Assembly (NCBI GenBank): GCA_021772775.1
Contig: JAJFLH010000036.1
Span: 24,800 to 88,799, forward strand
Source of the DNA: Mariprofundus sp.
GTDB taxonomy: Bacteria > Pseudomonadota > Zetaproteobacteria > Mariprofundales > Mariprofundaceae
Reading direction: 5' to 3'
DNA length: 64,000 nt
The notes beneath the pieces were generated by a model that searched no databases, was not told where the DNA came from, and saw only the letters and a list, made by a program, of their open reading frames with translations. The position numbers and the translations under genes were made by a program. Of the stretch, positions 38,077 to 46,270 are shown piece after piece (position 1 is the first letter of the stretch; every line of letters begins with the position of its first letter).

Positions 38077-38998
38077 GTGATCCGACGAGATCAGCATAAG
38101 CATCCATATCATTCTGTTCGAGATATTCGGACATGCCATCGAGTAGTTTCTTACACATCAAGGGATCATAAAAAAGGCCAGTTCCCACACCGATGGCATC
38201 AGCACCAACAATGGCAAATTCGACGGCATCCTTTGCATTGGCAATACCACCCTGCCCCAAAATTGGAATACCATGTTTAGCAGCCACCGCCCGCGTCTGA
38301 TGAATTTTCCACAACGCTACCGGTTTAATCGCAGGGCCAGAGAGACCTCCTGAGACATTATCGATGATCGGTTTTCGACTGTTGATATCGACTGCCATGC
38401 CCACCAATGTATTGATCACGGAGAGACCATCACTGCCCGCCTCAATGACTGCACGTGCAGTTTCTGCAATATCGGCGTTATTTGGAGAGAGCTTGGTAAT
38501 CAGAGGCTTTTTCGTCATCGGACGCATCGCTTCAACTACACGTGCAGCCATGGCCGGATTATTACCAAAATGTACCCCTCCCTCTTTCACATTGGGGCAG
38601 GAGATATTAATTTCAATAGCGGTAACGGGTGAATCATCAAAGATACGTGCCATCTCGGCATACTCTTCAGGACTGGTTCCATTTGCGTTGGCCCAGAACT
38701 GCGTCTCATCATGCGGCAAATTTGGCAGGATGTTATCAATCACATAACGCGCACCGGGGTTTTGCAAACCAATTGCATTGAGCATACCCGAAGGGGTCTC
38801 ATACAGCCTACGCGGTGCATTGCCCATGCGCGGCTCTAATGTCGTGCCTTTGAGGATCACCGCGCCAATATCGCGATTATCCCAACCTTCGATATGGGTG
38901 TACTCCTCACCAAAGCCGACACAGCCAGAGAGTAGTACAAGTGGTGTTTGCAGCTTAAGTCCTGCAAAAGAGACGGAGAGATCTTTATGTAGAGTCAT
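38063..38998 (-). CDS. pyrD: Dihydroorotate dehydrogenase, family 1 catalytic subunit
   Basis: NAIGLQNPG, NISCPNV (catalytic Cys), KLSPN, INT and GGLSGPAIKP motifs. Confidence 0.95.
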   Translation of the reverse strand: MTLHKDLSVSFAGLKLQTPLVLLSGCVGFGEEYTHIEGWDNRDIGAVILKGTTLEPRMGNAPRRLYETPSGMLNAIGLQNPGARYVIDNILPNLPHDETQFWANANGTSPEEYAEMARIFDDSPVTAIEINISCPNVKEGGVHFGNNPAMAARVVEAMRPMTKKPLITKLSPNNADIAETARAVIEAGSDGLSVINTLVGMAVDINSRKPIIDNVSGGLSGPAIKPVALWKIHQTRAVAAKHGIPILGQGGIANAKDAVEFAIVGADAIGVGTGLFYDPLMCKKLLDGMSEYLEQNDMDAYADLVGSLVTK

Positions 38999-39010
38999 AG
39001 GCCAAGCATA
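38996..39010 (-). promoter_or_regulatory. -10 element directly before the pyrD start (leaderless candidate)
   Basis: TATGCT, 6 nt, then ATG. No Shine-Dalgarno sequence, and the -35 is weak. Confidence 0.45.
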
Positions 39011-39096
39011 GCGCCGAAAACAGATTCAGCCTATGATCTTTTTTGTGAAACGATTAACCTCCTCTATGAAGGTAAAAAAGGTGAAATAAATGCTTG

Positions 39097-39114
39097 TGAA
39101 AGTAAATACTCTCA
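39097..39114. promoter_or_regulatory. Candidate TetR-type operator
   Basis: Near-perfect inverted repeat TGA-a-AGTA-aa-TACT-c-TCA, 30 bp upstream of the TetR-domain gene. Confidence 0.45.
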
Positions 39115-39143
39115 TTTTTTATTCGCCTTATGGGTGAATTGAA

Positions 39144-39935
39144 GTGAAAACAAAAATTGCACAAACGCGTTGGAAACAGGTGCTTCGGGCTATCGATGAA
39201 ATCGCTGGCAAGGATCAACTGGCATTTATAACCACCCAGCGTGTATCGAGGCAGTCCGGCATTTCTGACGGTGTTCTGTTTCGTCATTTTTCTACCAAAG
39301 AAGTCATGTTGGCAACCTGGGTAGAGACTCGCGGCGATCAACTGCGCCTTCTGCTTGATGCCATGCCTGCCGGTCGAAGTGGTCTGATCTATCTGCTACA
39401 GCAGCTATTTCAACAAAAAGTCTTATTGAACTTTTTATGCTGCCAGCCAATGGACACACCATATTTACGGCAACTTTTGGACTCGTACCGTCTGCAATTC
39501 AACAGGGTCATACAGACCCGAATTGAGTTAATGAGTTCAACACCCATAGGAGTCACATCGGATGTACTTATCGATCATCTGATGCAATCGATTTATCGTG
39601 CCTGGAACCCCGACAACCCTGAGCGGGACTGGCAAAAGGAGCATCTCATGAATCAATTACCTTGGGAAAAAAACGAGATCAAAGACAACACGTTTCCATC
39701 ACAAGATATTATGCAAAGGCTAGCACTCAATGATAGCGGCTTTGTCTTTGACCCGGTCAATGGCAAGAGCTTCACAGCCAATGAAACAGGCATATATGCG
39801 CTGCGTTTTCTGCAACACAGTAGTGATAGCGAAGCTCTGTTGGTGGCTATTGCACGCGATTTCGAAGTCAGTCAATCCGATGCTGCGCGTGATATCACCG
39901 AGTTCTCCAGCCAACTGCGCAAGTTTCTGCAATGA
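39144..39935 (+). CDS. TetR-family HTH regulator fused to a C-terminal PqqD/RRE-like domain
   Basis: N-terminal TQRVSRQSGISDGVLFRHFSTKE, and C-terminal LALNDSGFVFDPVNGKSFTANETG...ARDFEVSQSDAARDITEF. GTG start. Confidence 0.8.
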   Translation: MKTKIAQTRWKQVLRAIDEIAGKDQLAFITTQRVSRQSGISDGVLFRHFSTKEVMLATWVETRGDQLRLLLDAMPAGRSGLIYLLQQLFQQKVLLNFLCCQPMDTPYLRQLLDSYRLQFNRVIQTRIELMSSTPIGVTSDVLIDHLMQSIYRAWNPDNPERDWQKEHLMNQLPWEKNEIKDNTFPSQDIMQRLALNDSGFVFDPVNGKSFTANETGIYALRFLQHSSDSEALLVAIARDFEVSQSDAARDITEFSSQLRKFLQ

Positions 39936-41035
39936 ATCAAGCATCGGATAAAAAAATAACCATCGCTGTCACCGGCATGAATGCCAAGCCAGATAATCCT
40001 GGCCCCGGTCTTGCCGTAGCGCGTTGTTTGCGTCTGGCACACGGCGATCAAGTGCGTATCATAGGTTTGGGTTATGACGTACTCGATGCCGGTTTGTATT
40101 TGGATGATATCTGTGATGCCGCCTATCTACTGCCCTACCCTTCGGCCGGTGAGCAGCAGCTGATGGAGCGTATGGATTATATTCAGCAACAAGAGTCGAT
40201 TGATGTACTTATTCCTTGTCTGGATGCTGAGCTATTAAGTTTTAGTCGCCTGCATCACGAATTTGAACATCTGGGCATTCGTATGCTCATTCCTGATGTC
40301 AGCCAGTTGCGTGATCGCAATAAAGATCGATTAGGGGAACTAGCAAGAAATGCCGGCATCCGATACCCGGAGACAAAAAACATCACCAGCGCCAATTTCT
40401 TTTATCGCTGCCATGATGACAACTGGAGCTATCCGATGGTGGTCAAAGGTATCTTTTACGATGCCACTATTGTGCATAACGCTGATGAAGGGGCCGAAGC
40501 ATTTCGAAACATTGCCGCCAGCTGGGGATATCCGGTTTTGGTGCAACGTTATGTGGAAGGCCATGAGGTGAACCTGACTGCCATTGGAGATGGCAAAGGT
40601 GAACTGCTTGGGGCTGTCATGATGCGCAAACAGGCCGTCACCGATAAAGGTAAAGCCTGGTCATGTGTCACTATTGAGGATCAGCGATTGGAGAGTGATG
40701 CGCTGAAACTGGTGCAGGCACTGCAGTGGGCAGGCCCTTTGGAAGTGGAAATGCTCAAGGAGTCAGACGGACAATACTTGCTGATTGAAATCAACCCCCG
40801 CTTCCCTGCCTGGATTTATCTTGCAGCTGAGGCAGGCAGCAATCTACCAGCGGGTTTAGTGGATTTGATCATGAACAAACAGAGTTTATTTGAGCCCCCC
40901 AAAACAGGCATGATGATGATTCGTTACGCGCAAGAGACCGTCATTGATTTGAGTACCTTCGAAGCCATGGCCATGCATGGCCGTTATATAGCAGATGTGA
41001 ACAGAGAAAATGGGCAGGAGCTAAATTATGAATGA
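39932..41035 (+). CDS. ATP-grasp-domain protein (amide ligase-like)
   Basis: IDVLIPCLDAEL, YPMVVKG, LVQRYVEGHE, GPLEVEM and LIEINPRF motifs. Confidence 0.9.
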   Translation: MNQASDKKITIAVTGMNAKPDNPGPGLAVARCLRLAHGDQVRIIGLGYDVLDAGLYLDDICDAAYLLPYPSAGEQQLMERMDYIQQQESIDVLIPCLDAELLSFSRLHHEFEHLGIRMLIPDVSQLRDRNKDRLGELARNAGIRYPETKNITSANFFYRCHDDNWSYPMVVKGIFYDATIVHNADEGAEAFRNIAASWGYPVLVQRYVEGHEVNLTAIGDGKGELLGAVMMRKQAVTDKGKAWSCVTIEDQRLESDALKLVQALQWAGPLEVEMLKESDGQYLLIEINPRFPAWIYLAAEAGSNLPAGLVDLIMNKQSLFEPPKTGMMMIRYAQETVIDLSTFEAMAMHGRYIADVNRENGQELNYE

Positions 41036-42434
41036 TGCAACGCATGAAATAAGTGAAAAAAAGAGATGGAGCAAACCCACGCTAACACCGCACCGCATCG
41101 GTTCGTTAAACAAGTTTGGCAGTGTCAGCGGTGGTCATTATCAGGATAGCTTTGAAGGTGTTCCCATTGCATCCCTCTTAGAAGAGTACGGTTCACCGCT
41201 ATTCGTTCTGTCGGAACAACGTCTGCGTAATAATGTGCGCAAACTTCTGCGCGCCTTTGAAACGCGCTATGGCAATGTCATCTACAGCTGGTCCTATAAA
41301 ACTAACTATCTGGCAGCTGTCTGCAGCACCCTGCATCAGGAAGGCGCATGGGCCGAAGTAGTTTCAGCATTCGAATATGAAAAAGCCCGCCAGCTTGGCA
41401 TGCCTGCAGAAAAAATCCTCTTTAATGGCCCGCACAAAGAGCGTCCCATCCTTGAGCGCGTGGTTGCAGAAGGTGCACGTATTCATATCGATCATCTCGA
41501 TGAACTTTATCTATTGGAAGATGTTGCCAAAGCGGCAGGCAAACAAGTTGATGTCACCATGCGTCTCAATTTCGACACAGGATTCACCGAACCATGGAGT
41601 CGTTTCGGTTTTAATATCGAATCAGGTCAGGCCCTCGATGCAGCCCGCATTCTCGGTGATAGCAAATATCTCAACCTGTGTGGTCTGCACAGTCATCTGG
41701 GCACATTTATTCTCGATCCTCGCGCTTATGGTGTACAAGTCCGAATCATGTGTGCTTTTATGGATAAGGTAGAAGTACTAACTGGCTGCACAATCGAAAG
41801 CATCGATATTGGTGGCGGTTTTGCCTCCATGAACTCCTTGCAAGGCACCTATTTGCCACCGGAACAGGTAGTACCAAGCATGGATCAGTATGCCGAAACG
41901 ATCTGCACTGCACTGAATGATGCTACCCGCGAACGTGATCTGCAGGGCAAGGGCAGACCTCGCCTTATTTTGGAAAGCGGCAGAGCCGTTGTTGATGATG
42001 CTGAAATTCTGGTCTCATCTGTCGTCGCCAATAAACGCATGCCCGATGGCAGACGTTCGGTTGTCATTGATGCAGGTGTGAATCTGCTGTTTACCGGGTT
42101 TTGGTACAATCATCAGGTCACACCGACGCGCCAACTCGAAGGCGTGCCAGAAGACACCGTGCTCTACGGCCCCTTATGTATGAATATCGATATCATGCGT
42201 GCATCGGTACTACTGCCACCACTAAATGTCAGTGACTCCATTATTTTTAGTAATGTGGGCGCTTATAATAACACCCAATGGATGCAGTTTATTGAATACC
42301 GCCCCAATGTGGTGATGGTGCATGCCGGCAATCAGGTCTCGATTGTGAGAACTGCAGAAGATCTGCATGTGATGACCGAACAGGAGAGCGTTCCTGCTCA
42401 TCTCTGCTCGGTTGAACCACAGCAGGGCGATTAA
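41028..42434 (+). CDS. PLP-dependent fold-III decarboxylase (diaminopimelate/ornithine decarboxylase family) with N-terminal extension
   Basis: YSWSYKTNY (PLP Lys), FNGP, SRFG, GLHSHLG, DIGGGF, ESGR, GPLC and NVGAY motifs. Confidence 0.9.
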   Translation: MNDATHEISEKKRWSKPTLTPHRIGSLNKFGSVSGGHYQDSFEGVPIASLLEEYGSPLFVLSEQRLRNNVRKLLRAFETRYGNVIYSWSYKTNYLAAVCSTLHQEGAWAEVVSAFEYEKARQLGMPAEKILFNGPHKERPILERVVAEGARIHIDHLDELYLLEDVAKAAGKQVDVTMRLNFDTGFTEPWSRFGFNIESGQALDAARILGDSKYLNLCGLHSHLGTFILDPRAYGVQVRIMCAFMDKVEVLTGCTIESIDIGGGFASMNSLQGTYLPPEQVVPSMDQYAETICTALNDATRERDLQGKGRPRLILESGRAVVDDAEILVSSVVANKRMPDGRRSVVIDAGVNLLFTGFWYNHQVTPTRQLEGVPEDTVLYGPLCMNIDIMRASVLLPPLNVSDSIIFSNVGAYNNTQWMQFIEYRPNVVMVHAGNQVSIVRTAEDLHVMTEQESVPAHLCSVEPQQGD

Positions 42435-42436
42435 GC

Positions 42437-44647
42437 TTGCTCTTCACGCCACTGCAAAACCAGCTGAAAGCCTCTGTGACAAAAACAGCCACAGGCCTGT
42501 TCAGAGCCTATGGGGCAATTCTTTTTGCTGAGAAGCCTTGGATTGGTAGCCTCTTTTTGCTTGCCACCTTCTGGTTTCCCAATGCTGGTTTTGCAGGGCT
42601 ACTGGCTGCAATAACGGGTATGTTAACGGCCCGACTATTGAAATTCAGGAATCTGGAAAGCGGTCTGCATGTATACAACAGCCTGCTGGTCGGCCTATCA
42701 CTTGGGGCATACTACACCCTCGATATTCATCTGGCTGTGCTGATTGTATTGGGTGCAGTACTGGCAGTCTTCGCTACCGTTGCCATGGCTGATATAGCAT
42801 GGCGCCTGGGCCGATTGCCGGTCTTAAGCCTGCCTTTTGTGATCGTTGCCCTGACGGTAACACTGGCAGCACACAGCTATGGCACATTAAGCCGTTATCT
42901 GGTGCCACTGGTTCCCAATGAGGGATTGATTTCACCCTTTATAGATCAGCTCCTTACAGCACTCGGTTCGGCTTTTTTCACACCCCATCCACTGGCTGGA
43001 CTGCTACTGTTTACAGGGCTATTGATCTCATCACGCTATCTGGCTCTGCTGGCCGTCGCAGGATTTTTATGCGGCTTTTCGGCCTATGCATTCCTCTCCG
43101 GCAGTCCACATCCCGATCTGGTGGCATGGAATGGCTTTAATTTTATTCTCGTGGCTATGGCACTCGGTGGTCTATTTACCGTACCCAGTTTGCCAACCTT
43201 TCTATTGGCCATGGTAGGTGCAGTTATTGCTGCGCTTGTCACCTCTGCCTCTGAAACGTTTATGCTGGTTTACGGCCTACCGGTGATGGCCCTACCCTTT
43301 TTAATTACCACACTGACTATTCTTCTTGCGCTTACCCACAGGCCAGCCTCTGATTCTTTACAGCTTACTTTGGATGCACCGACGCTTCCAGAAAAAAGTG
43401 CCGAACGAGCACGTCTGGCTATGGTTCGACATGGTGAATTTAACAGTATTCCTGTGCTAGCTCCGTTTTATGGTCGTTGGGAGGTTTATCAGGGCTTTAA
43501 TGGAAAACATACACATCAAGCGCCATGGCAACACGCACTCGACTTTTACATTGTTGAAGATGAACAGAGCTATCATACCGATGGTGTGAACTTGGTGGAT
43601 TATTACTGTTTTGGTCTACCGGTACTTTCTCCGGTTGGTGGCTATGTTGTAAAAACACTGGATAGCCTACCAGACAATCCTCCCGGCCAGGTTGATTTGG
43701 AAAACAACTGGGGCAATCATGTAGTGATCCGTATGCCTAATGGCCTCTATGCCCTGCTCGCACATCTAAAACAGGGCAGTGTGTGTGTAAAAACAGGGGC
43801 ATATCTGCAACCCGGGCAACAGCTTGCTGAATGCGGCAGTTCTGGCCGCTCCCCTCAGCCGCATCTGCATCTGCATATTCAATGGGGTGAAGCGCTTGGC
43901 TCAGCCACCCACCCTTTCCACTTAACCACAGTATTACATCAATCCAATGATCATAGTTCAACAGACTCCCCATCAAACCACACGACTCACGCAGACTTCA
44001 AACTGTTTTCCCGTCCCACTGAGGGAGAGCGTATCATGATGCCCAAAGTTGACTTGGCACTGGTCGAAAGTTTGAGATTAAGTGTGGGCAGGAAATTTTG
44101 TTATCAGGTCACACATGGCAATAGATCAGAAAAAAGAGAGCTGTTGGTCACCCTCAATTTAGCGGGGCAGTTACGCCTGACTGCAGATTCAGGTGCCAGT
44201 GCTGCATTCACTTCACAAGATCATCTGCTGGCATTTTATGATCGCCAGGGGCCTAAAGATGTATTTTTAGATACATGGTTACTGGCGCTCGGTTTGATGC
44301 CATTAACGGAAGGGGAATTAAACTGGAACGATCAACCTTCGATGCAGCTGCTACCCATGAGCTGGAAACAGAACTGGCTGGGTAAACTATTACGCCCATT
44401 GGGCGGTGGCATCGACAGCCGTTATGAGCGTCAATGGGATGGTAAATATTGGCAACAATCGGCCCAGCACAGCTTATCTCTTAGTTTAGGGCAACAGATC
44501 AAAGCGCAGTCATCAGTAAGTATTGAACCCCGCATGGGATGCAAACGCATTTCGATCAATAGTGCAGCAGGAAACCTTGAGGCCACACTGCTGGAAGTAG
44601 GGCAAAAAGCAGATGCCGGTATTCCAGCATGGAAAATTAAGGCATGA
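42437..44647 (+). CDS. Urea-transporter (UT)-family membrane domain fused to an M23-like peptidase domain and an unknown C-terminal domain
   Basis: UT repeats LPVLSLPF and LPVMALPF, plus YNSLLVG and GFNFILV. M23 motifs PVLSP, NWGNHVVI, AHLKQGS and SGRSPQPHLH. TTG start. Confidence 0.85.
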   Translation: MLFTPLQNQLKASVTKTATGLFRAYGAILFAEKPWIGSLFLLATFWFPNAGFAGLLAAITGMLTARLLKFRNLESGLHVYNSLLVGLSLGAYYTLDIHLAVLIVLGAVLAVFATVAMADIAWRLGRLPVLSLPFVIVALTVTLAAHSYGTLSRYLVPLVPNEGLISPFIDQLLTALGSAFFTPHPLAGLLLFTGLLISSRYLALLAVAGFLCGFSAYAFLSGSPHPDLVAWNGFNFILVAMALGGLFTVPSLPTFLLAMVGAVIAALVTSASETFMLVYGLPVMALPFLITTLTILLALTHRPASDSLQLTLDAPTLPEKSAERARLAMVRHGEFNSIPVLAPFYGRWEVYQGFNGKHTHQAPWQHALDFYIVEDEQSYHTDGVNLVDYYCFGLPVLSPVGGYVVKTLDSLPDNPPGQVDLENNWGNHVVIRMPNGLYALLAHLKQGSVCVKTGAYLQPGQQLAECGSSGRSPQPHLHLHIQWGEALGSATHPFHLTTVLHQSNDHSSTDSPSNHTTHADFKLFSRPTEGERIMMPKVDLALVESLRLSVGRKFCYQVTHGNRSEKRELLVTLNLAGQLRLTADSGASAAFTSQDHLLAFYDRQGPKDVFLDTWLLALGLMPLTEGELNWNDQPSMQLLPMSWKQNWLGKLLRPLGGGIDSRYERQWDGKYWQQSAQHSLSLSLGQQIKAQSSVSIEPRMGCKRISINSAAGNLEATLLEVGQKADAGIPAWKIKA

Positions 44648-44689
44648 ACAATACGATGAATTTCAAAAAAATGAAAATTGGAGGATAAT

Positions 44690-45592
44690 ATGAATATACA
44701 ACGGCACATGGTTTTGATGGCCTTTATCGCCAGCCTGTTCTCTGTTCAGCATACAGCCATGGCAGAAGAGAGTGACTGGACACTGAAAACAGATATTCAA
44801 GCCATCTATGGCAGTTACAGCGGTTCTCTTTCGCGCAAATCCCTTACCGGCGGCGGCCTGATTCTTAATGCGGATTATCTTGATCTGGGCGGTTTTTCAT
44901 TGGGTGCGAATTACGCCCAACTCGCATTCAGAAATGTCACCAATGATATCAAACAACAATCCTATTACGGAAGCTTGCACTACAACGCCTACCTCGATGC
45001 CATTCCCGGCCCGCTGACGCTGCGTTTGGATGGGCATGGTATAAATAATAATGACGCCAGTGGAAACACCGACAATGTGCGTGTCATTGCGCCACAAATA
45101 TCTTTTTTGAATTATGACAAAAGCTTTTATGCTGATCTCGGCTATGCCTATTCAACCTATCAGAACAACCTCAAAGTACATCAATTCACACCCACACTGG
45201 GCTTTGGCTTTAATGCATTGGCCGACTGGATACGCATACGCGGCTACTTCATTGATCCATCCAACGCATTACGTGCCCAAAACAAAAATAGCACCACCGC
45301 TGTAGAAGCCAAATGGACACATTGGTTTGATCCCGGTTCATGGCATAAACTAGATAACATGCAAATAGCGGGACTGGTAGGCGAAAGAATTTACGCTGTT
45401 GATAACGATGCAGCCGCTGTTTACAACCTGACAGACATTCAGCGTGGCTCCGTCTCTGTCGCTTTACAATGGAAGTTAACAGAACAGCTCAGTCTAATGC
45501 TGGTCGGAGGAAATGAACGTTATTTGAACAACACAGTTTCTGATGCCTACAGCAATCGTTATGGTTACCTTAATCTATCCACACAATGGTAA
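44690..45592 (+). CDS. Outer-membrane beta-barrel protein of unknown family
   Basis: Signal peptide (TAMA/EE), alternating beta-strand pattern and C-terminal YLNLSTQW. RBS GGAGG before ATG at 44690. Confidence 0.8.
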   Translation: MNIQRHMVLMAFIASLFSVQHTAMAEESDWTLKTDIQAIYGSYSGSLSRKSLTGGGLILNADYLDLGGFSLGANYAQLAFRNVTNDIKQQSYYGSLHYNAYLDAIPGPLTLRLDGHGINNNDASGNTDNVRVIAPQISFLNYDKSFYADLGYAYSTYQNNLKVHQFTPTLGFGFNALADWIRIRGYFIDPSNALRAQNKNSTTAVEAKWTHWFDPGSWHKLDNMQIAGLVGERIYAVDNDAAAVYNLTDIQRGSVSVALQWKLTEQLSLMLVGGNERYLNNTVSDAYSNRYGYLNLSTQW

Positions 45593-45615
45593 TGTTCAAT
45601 GCAAAGGAGAGCATC

Positions 45616-46236
45616 ATGTTAAAGTTTATATTGCTTCCAATCACATCAATTATTGTTGTGCTGATCAGTTTCACCACCACCGTTTACAGTGCTGAAATCA
45701 AAAGTCCTTGGAGTACCTCTTACACTTTAGAGGCCAATGGCGAATATGAAAAAGCCGCCTCAGTCATCTATCAATTTATAGACAGAGGCGCTGAAAATGA
45801 ATTTGCTCTGATACGCTATGGATGGCTCAATTATCTGCAAGGCAACTTCAATGACTCCATTCAGGCCTACCAACGGGCACTTGATCGCAACAATCGCTCT
45901 GTAGATGCACGGTTAGGCATTGCGCTTCCTCTTATGGCTCAGCGACGCTGGAGCAGTGCAGTGCGTTATTTGAAACAGGTCATAGGGCACTCCCCTCTCA
46001 ATTATACAGCCCATATCCGTTTGATGATCTGCGAAGAAGGCTTGCGCAAATGGGAGACTCTGGAAAAACATGCCAAAGAAGTCAGCATCCACTATCCCAC
46101 CGACACCTTAGCTCTGGTTTATCTTGCCCGTGCACATGCATGGCAGGGCGACAAACAAAAAGCCTATGCCGCATATAAACGCGTGCTTGTACGATACCCT
46201 GAACATCTGGAGGCTATCCGTTATTTAAACCCATAA
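45616..46236 (+). CDS. Secreted tetratricopeptide-repeat protein
   Basis: Signal peptide and TPR patterns (GWLNYLQGNFNDSIQAYQRAL, LARAHAWQGDKQKAYAAYKRVL). RBS AAGGAG. Confidence 0.85.
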   Translation: MLKFILLPITSIIVVLISFTTTVYSAEIKSPWSTSYTLEANGEYEKAASVIYQFIDRGAENEFALIRYGWLNYLQGNFNDSIQAYQRALDRNNRSVDARLGIALPLMAQRRWSSAVRYLKQVIGHSPLNYTAHIRLMICEEGLRKWETLEKHAKEVSIHYPTDTLALVYLARAHAWQGDKQKAYAAYKRVLVRYPEHLEAIRYLNP

Positions 46237-46270
46237 ACACAGATTCCAGGCTAGGGAGTTACAATCCAGG

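Noticed and set aside
39000-39143. Small RiPP precursor ORF next to the RRE/ATP-grasp operon
   Set aside because: I found no ORF with an RBS and leader-like sequence in this spacer or in the short gaps within the operon.
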